Assembly: GCA_043753995.1 (NCBI GenBank)
Contig: JAYUVP010000107.1
Location: 1 to 48,822 of the forward strand
Reading direction: 5' to 3'
DNA: 48,822 nucleotides
Source: Fibrobacterota bacterium
Lineage (GTDB): Bacteria; Fibrobacterota; Fibrobacteria; UBA11236
Shown: piece by piece, positions 1 through 9,817 of the stretch
Position numbering within the stretch: position 1 is the first letter of the stretch
How the letters are laid out: every line of letters starts with the position of its first letter
The notes under the pieces: model-generated
Seen by the model: only the letters and a program-made list of their open reading frames with translations
Database searches by the model: none
Told to the model about the DNA's origin: nothing
Made by a program: the position numbers and the translations under genes

Positions 1-9
1 GGCTTGCAT
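1..9 (-). CDS. 5' end (MQA...) of a gene running off the left edge
   Basis: On the minus strand, ATG (cat at 7-9) is preceded by GAGGAG (ccgaggagttcgcaaccATG). Same orientation as the upstream operon. Confidence 0.55.
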
Positions 10-65
10 GGTTGCGAACTCCTCGGTGCTTAATTCGGTTTTCGTTTTTGATTTTTTTGTGAAAA

Positions 66-1319
66 TCAGCTGGGATTGAGAATATCCTCGCACTGGGAAA
101 TCAAGCTCACCTTGTTAGCGATTTCCTGGTAGAGCAGTGGGGAGACCATCATCTCTTCCAAGTGCAAAGTGTTTTTGATACGAATCACGCGAAGTTGATT
201 CGGAGGTCGGCCTTCCACCGTCCTCAAGGCGATGGCGAAGGCATGCTCCAAGTTGTCCGCGACTATTGGCGTCTTGCCGCGCTCCAAAAAAGTCGTGGTG
301 ATGACATTGGCATACATGGCTTTGAAGTCGATTTTGTCGAACAGGGATTGGGTGATGATGTCGGCGAGGCCTATGCCCAAAGCATTGCCATGGGATTCCG
401 GCGAAAGATCGTTGATGATAATGGTTCCGATTTCCGGAGTGGTGGGCTCGGGAGTTCCCTTCACTCGGATGCGGCCGATAATATTGGGATCCATGCCGGT
501 TCCGCTCAGGTTTTTGCCAATGGTATCGACTATGAGAATATCGATTTTCTCCGTCGGCAATTTCGGCATGCTGGCCACCGCGAGTCGTAGCAGATCCGGC
601 TCCTGCGCCAGGATTTGTTCCGGCTTCAGGGCCTTGATAAGCATGGTATGGTCATAGCCATCTTCCACCACGGCAAGCCCGAAGAGAATTTTTCCGGTCG
701 CGAAAATCTCCTTGGCGGCCAAGGGAATTAAATCCCTGAGGCCACGAACGCCGAGGCCATGCATGATTTTCGCCTGTTCGTGATTGCCCAGGCCGACCAC
801 GCTCATTTTGACCAGACCGCTTTCATAGGTGGAATGAAAATCGGTATGCGGCTTGATGCGATTCAATAGGACAATGCCGTCCGCTTCAAAGGCATTTCGC
901 CCCATGAATAGCTTGTGCGACAATTGGCTTGTAGGAATTTCCACGACATCCATCGAAGACAGGACGGGCACGCCCAAAGCTTCTTCGGTAATTCCCAGGC
1001 CAGCCAGTATTTCTTTTTGACCCTCGGCGGTGGCTCCGCCGTGACTGCCCATAGCGGGCACTACGAATGGCTGGGCTCCCAGGCCTTTCAAGAATTGCAC
1101 AAGGCCCTTGGCGAGCAAGACCTTGTTGGAAAGACCGCGGCTGCCGATGCCGATGGCGATGCGCGCACCCGGCTTCACCTTTAAATCCAAAGCCGATAAT
1201 TCTCGCTGAATGGTTTCGGCGATATTCTCGATTTTTTGAGACGCAAAGGTTTGCCGGATTTTCACGCCCGGCAAAACTGGGGAAGAGGCGTCGCTCTTAT
1301 TCACGATCGATTTGGCCAT
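66..1319 (-). CDS. Lactate racemase (LarA) superfamily / DUF2088-like protein
   Basis: 417 aa. Motifs IGIGSRG, VPAMGSHGG, NRIKPHTDF, GKNLSGTGMDPNIIGR. Start overlaps the end of the upstream ADH. Confidence 0.75.
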   Translation of the reverse strand: MAKSIVNKSDASSPVLPGVKIRQTFASQKIENIAETIQRELSALDLKVKPGARIAIGIGSRGLSNKVLLAKGLVQFLKGLGAQPFVVPAMGSHGGATAEGQKEILAGLGITEEALGVPVLSSMDVVEIPTSQLSHKLFMGRNAFEADGIVLLNRIKPHTDFHSTYESGLVKMSVVGLGNHEQAKIMHGLGVRGLRDLIPLAAKEIFATGKILFGLAVVEDGYDHTMLIKALKPEQILAQEPDLLRLAVASMPKLPTEKIDILIVDTIGKNLSGTGMDPNIIGRIRVKGTPEPTTPEIGTIIINDLSPESHGNALGIGLADIITQSLFDKIDFKAMYANVITTTFLERGKTPIVADNLEHAFAIALRTVEGRPPNQLRVIRIKNTLHLEEMMVSPLLYQEIANKVSLISQCEDILNPS

Positions 1320-2460
1320 GATAGGCTTTGCGGTAAATATCCTCGGCGTCTTTCAATTCGACTTTGCGAGGATTATTGTCCATGAGGCGCGTGACCAGAA
1401 TGGCGGCCTTGGCCATTTCGGGAATGGCGGATTCCGGTATATCCAGCGCTTTTAGGCTTTGGGGAATTCCGCAGGCATTGGATAGTTCTCGGATTTTCAA
1501 GACGCCATTGAAGGCGGTTTCCTTGTCGTCGCGACCTTTTGGGGCGCCGATGGCCAAGGCGATGGCGGCATATTTCTGAAGATTGCCGGAAAGATTGAAG
1601 GCCATCACGAAAGGCAGTAAAACCGAATTCGAAACGCCATGGGAAATCTTATAGGTTCCGCCCAGGGGATAGGCCATGGCATGCACAGCGGCGGTATTTA
1701 CTGGACCCAAACAGAGACCGCCGTAAAGGCTGCCTAGGGCCATGCTTGTCCTTGCGGAAAGGTCCGATCCGTTGCGGACGCAATTTTCGAGATTGGCGGC
1801 AATCAGGCGGATGCCGTCCATGGCCAGGTTGTCGACAATGGGATGGGCAAAGCGATTGGTATAGGCTTCGATGCAATGGGTCATGGCATCCATGCCCGTA
1901 GCGGCGGTAACGGCCGGAGGCAAGCTCAGAGTCAAATCGGGATCGACTATGGCCACGTCGGGAATGAGGTATTTGCTGACCACGCCTTTTTTGAGTTTGG
2001 CTTGGGTGTCAGTCAGAACGGCAATGGGTGTGACTTCGCTGCCGGTGCCAGCCGTAGTTGTGACCGTGATCAAAAGAACTTTGCGACCTGCCACCTTGCC
2101 GATGCCGATAATGTCCTGGGTTTTTTGCGCTCCATCAAAAAGCACCGCCACCAATTTGGCGAGATCCATGGCCGAGCCGCCGCCGACTCCCACAATGGCA
2201 TCGGGAGAAAATTCTCGCACCGGGGCAAGCAAGATTTCCAGGGCTTCCAGGGGAGGTTCAGGAACGACTTCGGTGGAGATGAGTACCGATTTGCCCGCCT
2301 CTTTCAAAGTGGCAATCAGGGGGGCAATTCTCGCTTGAATGGGACCGTCGACCAAAAAGAAAATGCGGCGACTATTCTGGAGATGGGAAGTCAAAGTGGA
2401 AAGCCGGCCGCTTCCAAATTCGATGCAATTCGGGACATTCAGGGTAAGAGGGGCAATCAT
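1297..2460 (-). CDS. Iron-containing alcohol dehydrogenase
   Basis: GGGSAMD, TTAGTGSEVT, GMDAMTHCIE, HAMAY..HG motifs. ATG at 2460 follows an AAAGGA RBS. Confidence 0.9.
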   Translation of the reverse strand: MIAPLTLNVPNCIEFGSGRLSTLTSHLQNSRRIFFLVDGPIQARIAPLIATLKEAGKSVLISTEVVPEPPLEALEILLAPVREFSPDAIVGVGGGSAMDLAKLVAVLFDGAQKTQDIIGIGKVAGRKVLLITVTTTAGTGSEVTPIAVLTDTQAKLKKGVVSKYLIPDVAIVDPDLTLSLPPAVTAATGMDAMTHCIEAYTNRFAHPIVDNLAMDGIRLIAANLENCVRNGSDLSARTSMALGSLYGGLCLGPVNTAAVHAMAYPLGGTYKISHGVSNSVLLPFVMAFNLSGNLQKYAAIALAIGAPKGRDDKETAFNGVLKIRELSNACGIPQSLKALDIPESAIPEMAKAAILVTRLMDNNPRKVELKDAEDIYRKAYHGQIDRE

Positions 2461-2593
2461 GATGTTTTCCTTTGACCATGCGACGCGTAGTCGACGGCGC
2501 AGCAAATGACTTGGCTATGGAAATGTTAAATCGATACGCCTTGGCCCCCATGTACGCCATGCGCATCCTGGTGGTATTAAGGCTTCGGAGGCT

Positions 2594-3343
2594 TTAGGGT
2601 TTATAGGTGTTCAGGCGAAACTCTCCATTTTCCAGGGAGACATATTCCAGCCTTTCCAACCATTCACCGCTATTCACATAAAGCCCTTCTGCCAGGGGTT
2701 TTACGAATCCGCAATGGGTATGTCCATGCACCACCACATCATGTCCTTGGGTCAAAAGTTGCCGCGCTGCCGCCTCGTATTCGGCCATGAAACGGGGGCG
2801 ATTGCCATGGCTGTCGCGCGACAGTTTGCTCGAATATTGCGCGAGGCCTATGCCGAAATCGGGATGAATCCATTGGAAAAGACGATTGGATAAGGGATGG
2901 CGCATGACACTCTTGGTCAGGCGATATTTCCAATCAGACTTCGCCAAACCATCACCGTGCAGCAAGAGACAGCGTTTTCCTTGCATGGTCCTGGCGACGG
3001 GACCCTCATGCACCTGCAGTCCCAGAGACTGGTTGAAAAAGCGACCAAGATTAAAATCGTGATTGCCGCTCAAATAATTCACCTGTAAACCTGCGTCGAC
3101 CAGATTGCGCAAGGCATGCAAGACGCCGAAATGCGCCTTGGGGATGACGGTTTCATATTCCATCCAGAATTCGAATAAATCGCCTAATATCCACAGGGTT
3201 TGAGCCTGGCCCGGCAAGGTCGCAAGAAACCGGCAAAAATGCTCTTCGCGATCGGGATGGGCTTTGGCATAGTTGGCGCCGAAATGCAAATCGGAAACCA
3301 AAATCACGCGTGGGGGTGAGAGCACTGGAGAAATGGGCGTCAT
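2594..3343 (-). CDS. lpxH: UDP-2,3-diacylglucosamine hydrolase (metallophosphoesterase)
   Basis: SDLH, LGDLFEFW, GNHD, HGD, HGHTH motifs; 249 aa. Confidence 0.8.
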   Translation of the reverse strand: MTPISPVLSPPRVILVSDLHFGANYAKAHPDREEHFCRFLATLPGQAQTLWILGDLFEFWMEYETVIPKAHFGVLHALRNLVDAGLQVNYLSGNHDFNLGRFFNQSLGLQVHEGPVARTMQGKRCLLLHGDGLAKSDWKYRLTKSVMRHPLSNRLFQWIHPDFGIGLAQYSSKLSRDSHGNRPRFMAEYEAAARQLLTQGHDVVVHGHTHCGFVKPLAEGLYVNSGEWLERLEYVSLENGEFRLNTYKP

Positions 3344-3376
3344 GGTCTCTTGTTAATTTAGCCCCTGGAAACCAAT

Positions 3377-3679
3377 ATGAAACTCGTCAAAACGCCCCAT
3401 GCCCTGCATTTGCTTTTTTGCACCAATACCCGCGCCGATGGTTCGAAGTCTTGCGGCGACAGCGACCATACCCAGGTTTTGGCCGAGGTATTAAAAGCTC
3501 GCTTCAAGCAAGAAAAGTTGTCGGTGCGCGTTTCACGCACGGCTTGCCTTGGTCCATGCGCCCAAGGTCCCAATATCATGGCTTATCCGCAACAGGTTTG
3601 GTTTCAAGAGGTGCACAAAGAGGATGCCGACGCCATTGTGGATAAGGTCAAGGCCCTGCTGGCTCAACCTGGGTCTTGA
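3377..3679 (+). CDS. Thioredoxin-like [2Fe-2S] ferredoxin
   Basis: C-x10-C ... TACLGPC..GP....YP..VW pattern; 100 aa. Confidence 0.85.
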   Translation: MKLVKTPHALHLLFCTNTRADGSKSCGDSDHTQVLAEVLKARFKQEKLSVRVSRTACLGPCAQGPNIMAYPQQVWFQEVHKEDADAIVDKVKALLAQPGS

Positions 3680-4643
3680 ACGCTTGCCTGGCCGCTAAAA
3701 TTTCCGATTTCCAATCCGAGAAGGCGGGGCCTGCTCTCCACCCTTGTATGAATTCCGCATCCAGAAAAGGCTTCATCGCCTCTGGCCAGATTTCGTCGAA
3801 GGCGCTCAACCCTTCGCCTGCTTGGTTAAGGTTCAAGTAAAAGGCATGCAAGAGGTGGTGAGGCGATCCGAGCTGGCCTTCGTCTTCGAGAGTCAATTCT
3901 TGGGTTAAGCGCTTCAAATAAAATTGACCCTCGTGGGCATACATTTTATCGCCGACGATGGGTAAGCCCAGGTGAGAGAGGTGGGCACGGATTTGATGCT
4001 TGCGCCCGGTGATGGGGGCGGCGGCAATGAGACTGAAATTTCCAATCGCAGCGTCTTCGATTTTTGGCACCGGTCCCAGATTTCGCCAAAGAGTCAAGCT
4101 GGGCTTTCCCATGTCGTCGACATGCATTCGGCTGCGAATGACATCGCCGGCTTTTTCACCTAAAGCACCTTCGCAACGGCCAGAATCGACCTTCAATACG
4201 CCGCGCACCACAGCCAGATAGACTTTGAGCCAGGAGGACCCGAATTCGGGCGCGAAGCGGCGAAAGGCTTCGGGCCCGCGGGCAAAGGCCACCACGCCCG
4301 AAGTTTCCCGGTCTAATCGATTGAGCGGAGTAAAGTCTTCGCCCAATTCGCGGTGGACCCAATGCGCCAAAGTTTGAAAAATGATTTTGCCGGTTTTATG
4401 CACCGGCAATCCTGCAGGTTTGTGGACAAAGGCCAAATCCCCTTGTCGAGCCAGCACCTGCGCCGAACTCGGTAATTCCGGTTCTTCCCAGCCTTCAAAG
4501 CGATAGGTGAGGGTCAAACCAGGCCGAATGGGGCTTTGGGCATATGCAATTTGCCCATCTAGGGACAAGGCTCCCTGGTCAAGTCGGGCTTGCCAACCTA
4601 TTTCATCGAGATAAGGGAAGCGCTTTACGAGGTAGGAAAGCAA
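3648..4643 (-). CDS. RluA-family RNA pseudouridine synthase (start uncertain, may extend to CTG at 4703)
   Basis: HKPAGLPVH, catalytic NRLDRETSG, ITGRKHQIR, PIVGD.MY motifs. Confidence 0.9.
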   Translation of the reverse strand: MLSYLVKRFPYLDEIGWQARLDQGALSLDGQIAYAQSPIRPGLTLTYRFEGWEEPELPSSAQVLARQGDLAFVHKPAGLPVHKTGKIIFQTLAHWVHRELGEDFTPLNRLDRETSGVVAFARGPEAFRRFAPEFGSSWLKVYLAVVRGVLKVDSGRCEGALGEKAGDVIRSRMHVDDMGKPSLTLWRNLGPVPKIEDAAIGNFSLIAAAPITGRKHQIRAHLSHLGLPIVGDKMYAHEGQFYLKRLTQELTLEDEGQLGSPHHLLHAFYLNLNQAGEGLSAFDEIWPEAMKPFLDAEFIQGWRAGPAFSDWKSEILAARQAFKTQVEPAGP

Positions 4644-4709
4644 AAAAGAACCCGTAGGGCAGCCGCCGATACGGGTGGAAAAGGTGCCGTCAAAACGAGG
4701 CAGGCGGAG

Positions 4710-5297
4710 CTATTTCTGCGTGAAAAGATTGGCTGCAGCCAGCATTTGGCGAGGCGTTTCCTGCTGGTCAAATGCCTTCCAACGCAAATATTCGCCTTTT
4801 TCATTCGCCATCAAAACGAGGGGAATGGAGCCGGTCCCATAATTTTCGCCAAAGGTCCGGTCGTCGTCGTGAAAGACCGGCATATGCAGGCGAAAGTCGC
4901 GAATGAAGGTGCGAATATCGTCTTCGCTATTGTATTTGATGGCGATGGCCATGCTCTTAAAACCCTTGGAAGCCAGCTCATCCGCCACTTTTTGCACTAA
5001 GGGGGCGGCATGTTGGCAATGGGGGCATTTGGCCGAAAAATAAAAGACCAATAATTTGCGGTTGGCGAATTGCGCGAACTTCAGATTGGCATCGGAAATC
5101 GATTTCGGCTTCAAAGTAAAGTCGATTTTCGCGCGCTGGCCTTTTTTATCCAACTCAAAAGTGGGTGCGGGTTCGGGGGGTTGCGGCCCTTGCTCTTTCA
5201 GGGGCTGGGCCGTGACCGAGGTATAGCCAGCTAAGCCCAAGCAAAGGGTGACTAGGCTGAAAAGGGCTTTGATTCGAGATTTCGACGGAACGAACAT
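4710..5297 (-). CDS. Exported TlpA/redoxin-family thiol-disulfide oxidoreductase
   Basis: Signal-peptide-like N-terminus, CPHC active site, cis-Pro loop (SIP). ATG at 5297 follows an AGGGGA RBS. Confidence 0.8.
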   Translation of the reverse strand: MFVPSKSRIKALFSLVTLCLGLAGYTSVTAQPLKEQGPQPPEPAPTFELDKKGQRAKIDFTLKPKSISDANLKFAQFANRKLLVFYFSAKCPHCQHAAPLVQKVADELASKGFKSMAIAIKYNSEDDIRTFIRDFRLHMPVFHDDDRTFGENYGTGSIPLVLMANEKGEYLRWKAFDQQETPRQMLAAANLFTQK

Positions 5298-5466
5298 AGG
5301 TTCCCCTGGTTGTCTTACAGTAAGATACACGCCTCTCCCGGGATGGGACAAGGGACAAATTCCCCTGGTCTCGCCACCCTTTTGGAAGTCTATAATTGAT
5401 AGTTGTGAATACTTTGTTTTGCTTCCCGATTCTTTTCCTTAAACGCTTCCCGATACCGAGCTAGGT

Positions 5467-7206
5467 ATGCCCTTGGACTTACGCCATGAAACGCCAGACG
5501 GCGCCCAGGATGTCACCAAGCTCAAGCAGCAAAACATCCAGCTTCAGCATTTGCTCAAGTATAAGGATGAAGTCGAGCTTCCTGCCATTCGAGCCCAGAT
5601 CCAAAAAGCCCAGGCCGAGTTACAGGCTATGCGCCTTCAGGCTGAAGAATTCGGGAGGCAAGAGGAATTCACTGGCAAGCGCACGGGCATGCTGCATCTT
5701 GACCGTGAAGGTCGGGTCATGCGCATCAATGCCTTTGCCCTGGAAGTGCTGGGTCTAACCCTGCCCCAGGCCATAGGCCGATCCATTCGTGAACTGGCGG
5801 TGCATGTCGAATCGGGTCGCCCTATTTTCGGCGATATCGAATATTATCTCGAACCCGAAGGCCGCGAAAGCGAATGGGAAAAAGAAATTCCCGTGCAGCG
5901 CGGCGAGAAACGCTATTTCCAGTTCCGCAGCCGCCAGCTTGGGGGCACGCGTCTGATTTCGATTCAGGACGTGACCGATTTGCGTATTTGGGAAAGCCGG
6001 GTCAAGGCCATCATCGGTTCGGCTAAGGACGGCATTGCCCTGGTGGATGAAAGCGGTGTCATTCGCGTAACCAATGCGCGTTTCGGCAAGCTTTTTGGTC
6101 TCAATTGGCGGCAATTCACGGGCATGCAATTTTCCATTGCTGCCGAACTCTTGCAATATCACTTCGTGCAGCCTTCGGACTTCATGGCTTTCCTGTCGCG
6201 TGTGCAAGAAGAACCGCAAATTCATTTGGAAAAGCTTTTTGAAATGGCAATGCCCACACCCGGCGCCTATCAGATTTTCACACGTCCCATCGAAGACGAG
6301 CAGAACCGTCATATTGGGCGGGTCTGGTTCATGACCGATGTGAGTCGCTTTAAGGAAATGGAAAAAACCCTGACCGCCAATGCCATGGAGTTGGAGGACA
6401 AGGTTAGGCAACGCACCGAACAATTGTCCTTGCAAAACTCTGAAATGGCCCTCATTCGCCAGGAATTCGAACTGGAATTGGACATGGCCAAGCAGGTGCA
6501 GCAAGGCATGCTGCCCAAAAGCCTGCCCAATATTCCCGGGTGGGAATTGGCCGAATTTTATAAACCCACCTATAAGGTTTCGGGCGACTATTACGATGTC
6601 GAATGGCTGGACGAAGATCATCTTTTCTTGTTAATGACGGACGTTTCAGGCCATGGTGTTCCCGCTGCCTTGGTAACGGCCATGGCCAAAATGGCATTTG
6701 ACCGCAGAGTGCGAAAAGGCAAGTCGGTGTCGCAAATCCTGACCGATGTGAATATTGATTTATGCGGCGCCATTAAGACCGAGCATTATTTAACGGCCTT
6801 TGCTGGCATACTTGAAATCAGTACGGGCAAATTGCAATACAGTCGAGTCTGCCATCCTTATCCCATTCTTTATCGGCATCGGTCTCCCAATTTGGATCAT
6901 TTGAAAATGCGAGGCGGCTTTTTCCTGGGCATGTTCGAGGATACGACCTTTTCCGAGGAGGAAGTGACCCTTCTCCCCGGGGATCAGCTTTTCATTTACA
7001 CCGATGGGGTGCATGAGAGCATGAATCCTCGAGATGAGCTTTTCGGGCGCAAGCGCCTGGAGTCGGTGGTGCAGCGCCATGCCCATCTCGGTTCCCACGA
7101 GGTAATTGCCCAGGTGCAAAAAGAGCGGGACCGATTTGCCGAAGGTCGCCAGCCCCAAGACGATATCACCTTGATTTCTATTCGCCGCACGACGGCCCCC
7201 GCCTAG
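5467..7206 (+). CDS. Coiled-coil + two PAS + SpoIIE/PP2C (RsbU-like) phosphatase
   Basis: VSGDYYD, DVSGHGVPAAL, YTDGVHE, QDDIT motifs; two PAS-like segments. Confidence 0.9.
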   Translation: MPLDLRHETPDGAQDVTKLKQQNIQLQHLLKYKDEVELPAIRAQIQKAQAELQAMRLQAEEFGRQEEFTGKRTGMLHLDREGRVMRINAFALEVLGLTLPQAIGRSIRELAVHVESGRPIFGDIEYYLEPEGRESEWEKEIPVQRGEKRYFQFRSRQLGGTRLISIQDVTDLRIWESRVKAIIGSAKDGIALVDESGVIRVTNARFGKLFGLNWRQFTGMQFSIAAELLQYHFVQPSDFMAFLSRVQEEPQIHLEKLFEMAMPTPGAYQIFTRPIEDEQNRHIGRVWFMTDVSRFKEMEKTLTANAMELEDKVRQRTEQLSLQNSEMALIRQEFELELDMAKQVQQGMLPKSLPNIPGWELAEFYKPTYKVSGDYYDVEWLDEDHLFLLMTDVSGHGVPAALVTAMAKMAFDRRVRKGKSVSQILTDVNIDLCGAIKTEHYLTAFAGILEISTGKLQYSRVCHPYPILYRHRSPNLDHLKMRGGFFLGMFEDTTFSEEEVTLLPGDQLFIYTDGVHESMNPRDELFGRKRLESVVQRHAHLGSHEVIAQVQKERDRFAEGRQPQDDITLISIRRTTAPA

Positions 7207-7302
7207 CCAAGTAACTTTCTGTGCAAGGTGGCCCCATGGGCCGCCGGGCGAAGACAGCCTGCCGCTTCCGATCGGGACTCGGCTCAACCAGGAGGATTAT
7301 CC

Positions 7303-8298
7303 TTGCGTATACTCGTTGTCGGCGGAGCCGGCTATATCGGTTCGCATGTTTCTCAGGCCTTAGCGGCTCGCGGCCATGAAGTGGTCGCTTTCGACAATCT
7401 CGCCACCGGCCATAGGCATAATGTTCAGGGCAAGGTTTTGTTTCGCCATGGCGACATTTTATTGCCTGAAACCTTGGATGTGGTTTGCCGCGAATTCGCT
7501 TTCGACGGTTTGGTTCATTTGGCCGCCTTGAAAGCGGCGGGCGAATCCATGACGGCGCCCGAAAAATATTCCACTCACAATATCAACGGTTCGCTCAACC
7601 TGATTCATGCCGCCATACGTCATGGCATTAAGCGCTTTGTCTTTTCTTCGTCGGCTGCAGTCTATGGCGAGCCCGCTTATTTGCCCATCGATGAAAAACA
7701 TCCCACCCGTCCCGAGAATTATTACGGCTATACCAAGCTGGCCATAGAGCAATATCTCGAATGGTATGGCCGTCTCAAGGGTTTGCAATATATCGCTTTG
7801 CGCTATTTCAACGCGGCAGGATACGATGTCACGGGTGCGATTTCCGGCTTGGAACGCAGCCCCAATAATTTGCTGCCGGTGGTGATGGAAACCGCGGTGG
7901 GCTGGCGCCCCACCATGCAAGTTTTTGGTCGTGATTATCCGACTCGCGACGGCACGGGCCTCCGCGATTATATCCATGTCGGCGATTTGGCAGTCGCGCA
8001 TGCCCAAGCTTTGGAGTATTTGCAATCGGGCGGAAAAAACCTGATCATCAACTTGGGATCGGAAACGGGCATTACCGTGCTGGAAATCTTGAGCAAGACC
8101 AAGGAATTCACGGGCCGCGAAATTCCTCACAATATTGTGGATAGGCGTCCCGGTGACACGGCCTCGGTGGTGGCCAGCGCTAAATTCGCCAAGGAAGTGC
8201 TCGGCTGGGAAGCCAAGCACAGCGATGTGGATACTCTTGTGCGCACCACTTGGCAGGCCTATCAAAAGCACATAGCCGCTGGAGGCGGAAAACCATGA
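7303..8298 (+). CDS. galE: UDP-glucose 4-epimerase
   Basis: GGAGYIGSH, FSSSAAVYG, YGYTK, LRYFN, DGTGLRDYIHV. TTG start follows AGGAGG. Confidence 0.92.
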   Translation: MRILVVGGAGYIGSHVSQALAARGHEVVAFDNLATGHRHNVQGKVLFRHGDILLPETLDVVCREFAFDGLVHLAALKAAGESMTAPEKYSTHNINGSLNLIHAAIRHGIKRFVFSSSAAVYGEPAYLPIDEKHPTRPENYYGYTKLAIEQYLEWYGRLKGLQYIALRYFNAAGYDVTGAISGLERSPNNLLPVVMETAVGWRPTMQVFGRDYPTRDGTGLRDYIHVGDLAVAHAQALEYLQSGGKNLIINLGSETGITVLEILSKTKEFTGREIPHNIVDRRPGDTASVVASAKFAKEVLGWEAKHSDVDTLVRTTWQAYQKHIAAGGGKP

Positions 8299-9782
8299 GC
8301 CTGAGCGGACGCGCAAAAACCCTGGGTGAACTCAAGCTTAGCGGGTGGAAGTCGCGTCCTGTCTCCCAGGAAATGCGCCAAAACCTCATGGCCTTTTTAC
8401 GGGCGGGCAAACCCTGGATGCCCGGCATCATTGGCTTTGAGGACACGGTGCTCAAGCAATTAACCCAAGCCATACTGGCAGGGCATCACATTCTCTTGCT
8501 CGGATTACGCGGGCAAGGCAAAACCCGGATTTTGCGCCAACTGGTGAATTTGCTGGATGAAGCCATGCCGGTGCTGGAAGGCAGCGAGGTGAATGACGAC
8601 CCCTTCGCGCCGATATCTCGCTACGGTATCGACCTGGTGAAAGCCCAAGGCGACCTAGCGCCGATAGCCTGGGTTGGCCGCGACGAGCGCTATGGCGAAA
8701 AGCTGGCTACTCCGGACGTGAGTATGGCCGATTTGATTGGTGATATTGATCCCGTTAAAGCTCTCAATCAGCGAATTGCCCTGGGGCATGAAGGCGCCGT
8801 GCAATATGGCCTTATTCCCCGTACGCATCGCGGCATTTTCGTAGTCAATGAATTGCCCGATTTACAACCCCGCATTCAGGTAGGCCTGCTCAATATTCTC
8901 GAAGAAGGCGATATCCAGATTCGCGGCTTCAAGGTGCGCATGCCCCTGGACGTAATGATGGCGTTCTCGGCCAATCCCGAGGACTATACCAATCGTGGCA
9001 ATATCATCACGCCGCTTAAAGATCGCATTGAGTCACAAATCCTGACGCATTATCCTCGCGACACTCAAGCAGCTCTGCGCATCACGGCGCAGGAAGCCTG
9101 GACTGATCGCGATGAGCTATTGCGTCCCCGTATCGCCGAACCCTTGCGCGAAATCGTGGAGCGCATCGCCTTTGAGGCACGTGAAGATCGCGACTTTGTC
9201 GATCCCAAAAGCGGGGTTTCTGCGCGATTGCCCATTGCCGCCTTGGAATTACTGTATAGCGCCGCCGAAGCGCGAGCCCTTGTCACAGGGGAGAATGCCC
9301 CCAAGGCTCGCTTGCTAGACCTTGAGGCCTTGGTACCCGCGGTGACCGGCAAGGTGGAATTGGTTTTTGCTGGCGAACAAGAAGGCCCCGTAGCCATAGC
9401 ACGGACTTTGATTGGACGGGCGGTGAAATCCTTTTTCGGGACGCATTTTCGTGACCCGTACAACAAAAAAGAGAAAAACCCCGAGGCCAATCTTTACCAT
9501 CCCGTGCTGGCTTGGTTTGAACAAGGCCATAGCCTTTCCCTGAGCGATAAACTGGCTGACGCCGATTTCCTGCAAACCATGATGCAGGTGCCGGGCCTGG
9601 TTGACGTCGCCAAGCGTTGCCGAATCGACGGAGCCGCCGTGGATCTAAGCGGGCCGGACTCGGCCTTTTGGCTCGAATTGGTGCTTGAAGGTTTGGCTCT
9701 GCATGGACGACTCGCCAAGGAAAACGTGACCGAGGGCTTTCGCTATCGGGATGCCATGGCCGACATCATGGAACGCACCTAA
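8295..9782 (+). CDS. AAA+ ATPase, Mg-chelatase-like, VWA-associated
   Basis: Walker A GLRGQGKT, NELPDL, ANPEDYTNRG.IITPLKDRI. ATGA overlap with the galE stop. Confidence 0.85.
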   Translation: MSLSGRAKTLGELKLSGWKSRPVSQEMRQNLMAFLRAGKPWMPGIIGFEDTVLKQLTQAILAGHHILLLGLRGQGKTRILRQLVNLLDEAMPVLEGSEVNDDPFAPISRYGIDLVKAQGDLAPIAWVGRDERYGEKLATPDVSMADLIGDIDPVKALNQRIALGHEGAVQYGLIPRTHRGIFVVNELPDLQPRIQVGLLNILEEGDIQIRGFKVRMPLDVMMAFSANPEDYTNRGNIITPLKDRIESQILTHYPRDTQAALRITAQEAWTDRDELLRPRIAEPLREIVERIAFEAREDRDFVDPKSGVSARLPIAALELLYSAAEARALVTGENAPKARLLDLEALVPAVTGKVELVFAGEQEGPVAIARTLIGRAVKSFFGTHFRDPYNKKEKNPEANLYHPVLAWFEQGHSLSLSDKLADADFLQTMMQVPGLVDVAKRCRIDGAAVDLSGPDSAFWLELVLEGLALHGRLAKENVTEGFRYRDAMADIMERT

Positions 9783-9817
9783 AGGGCACCGTCGGAGCAT
9801 TTCAAAAAAGCTAAGCC

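Noticed and set aside
5755..8316. Long antisense ORFs (5755-6621, 7459-8316) and similar ones such as 23606-24430, 28595-29377, 31114-31896 and 35838-36641
   Set aside because: Shadow frames opposite well-supported genes in GC-rich DNA, with no recognisable motifs.
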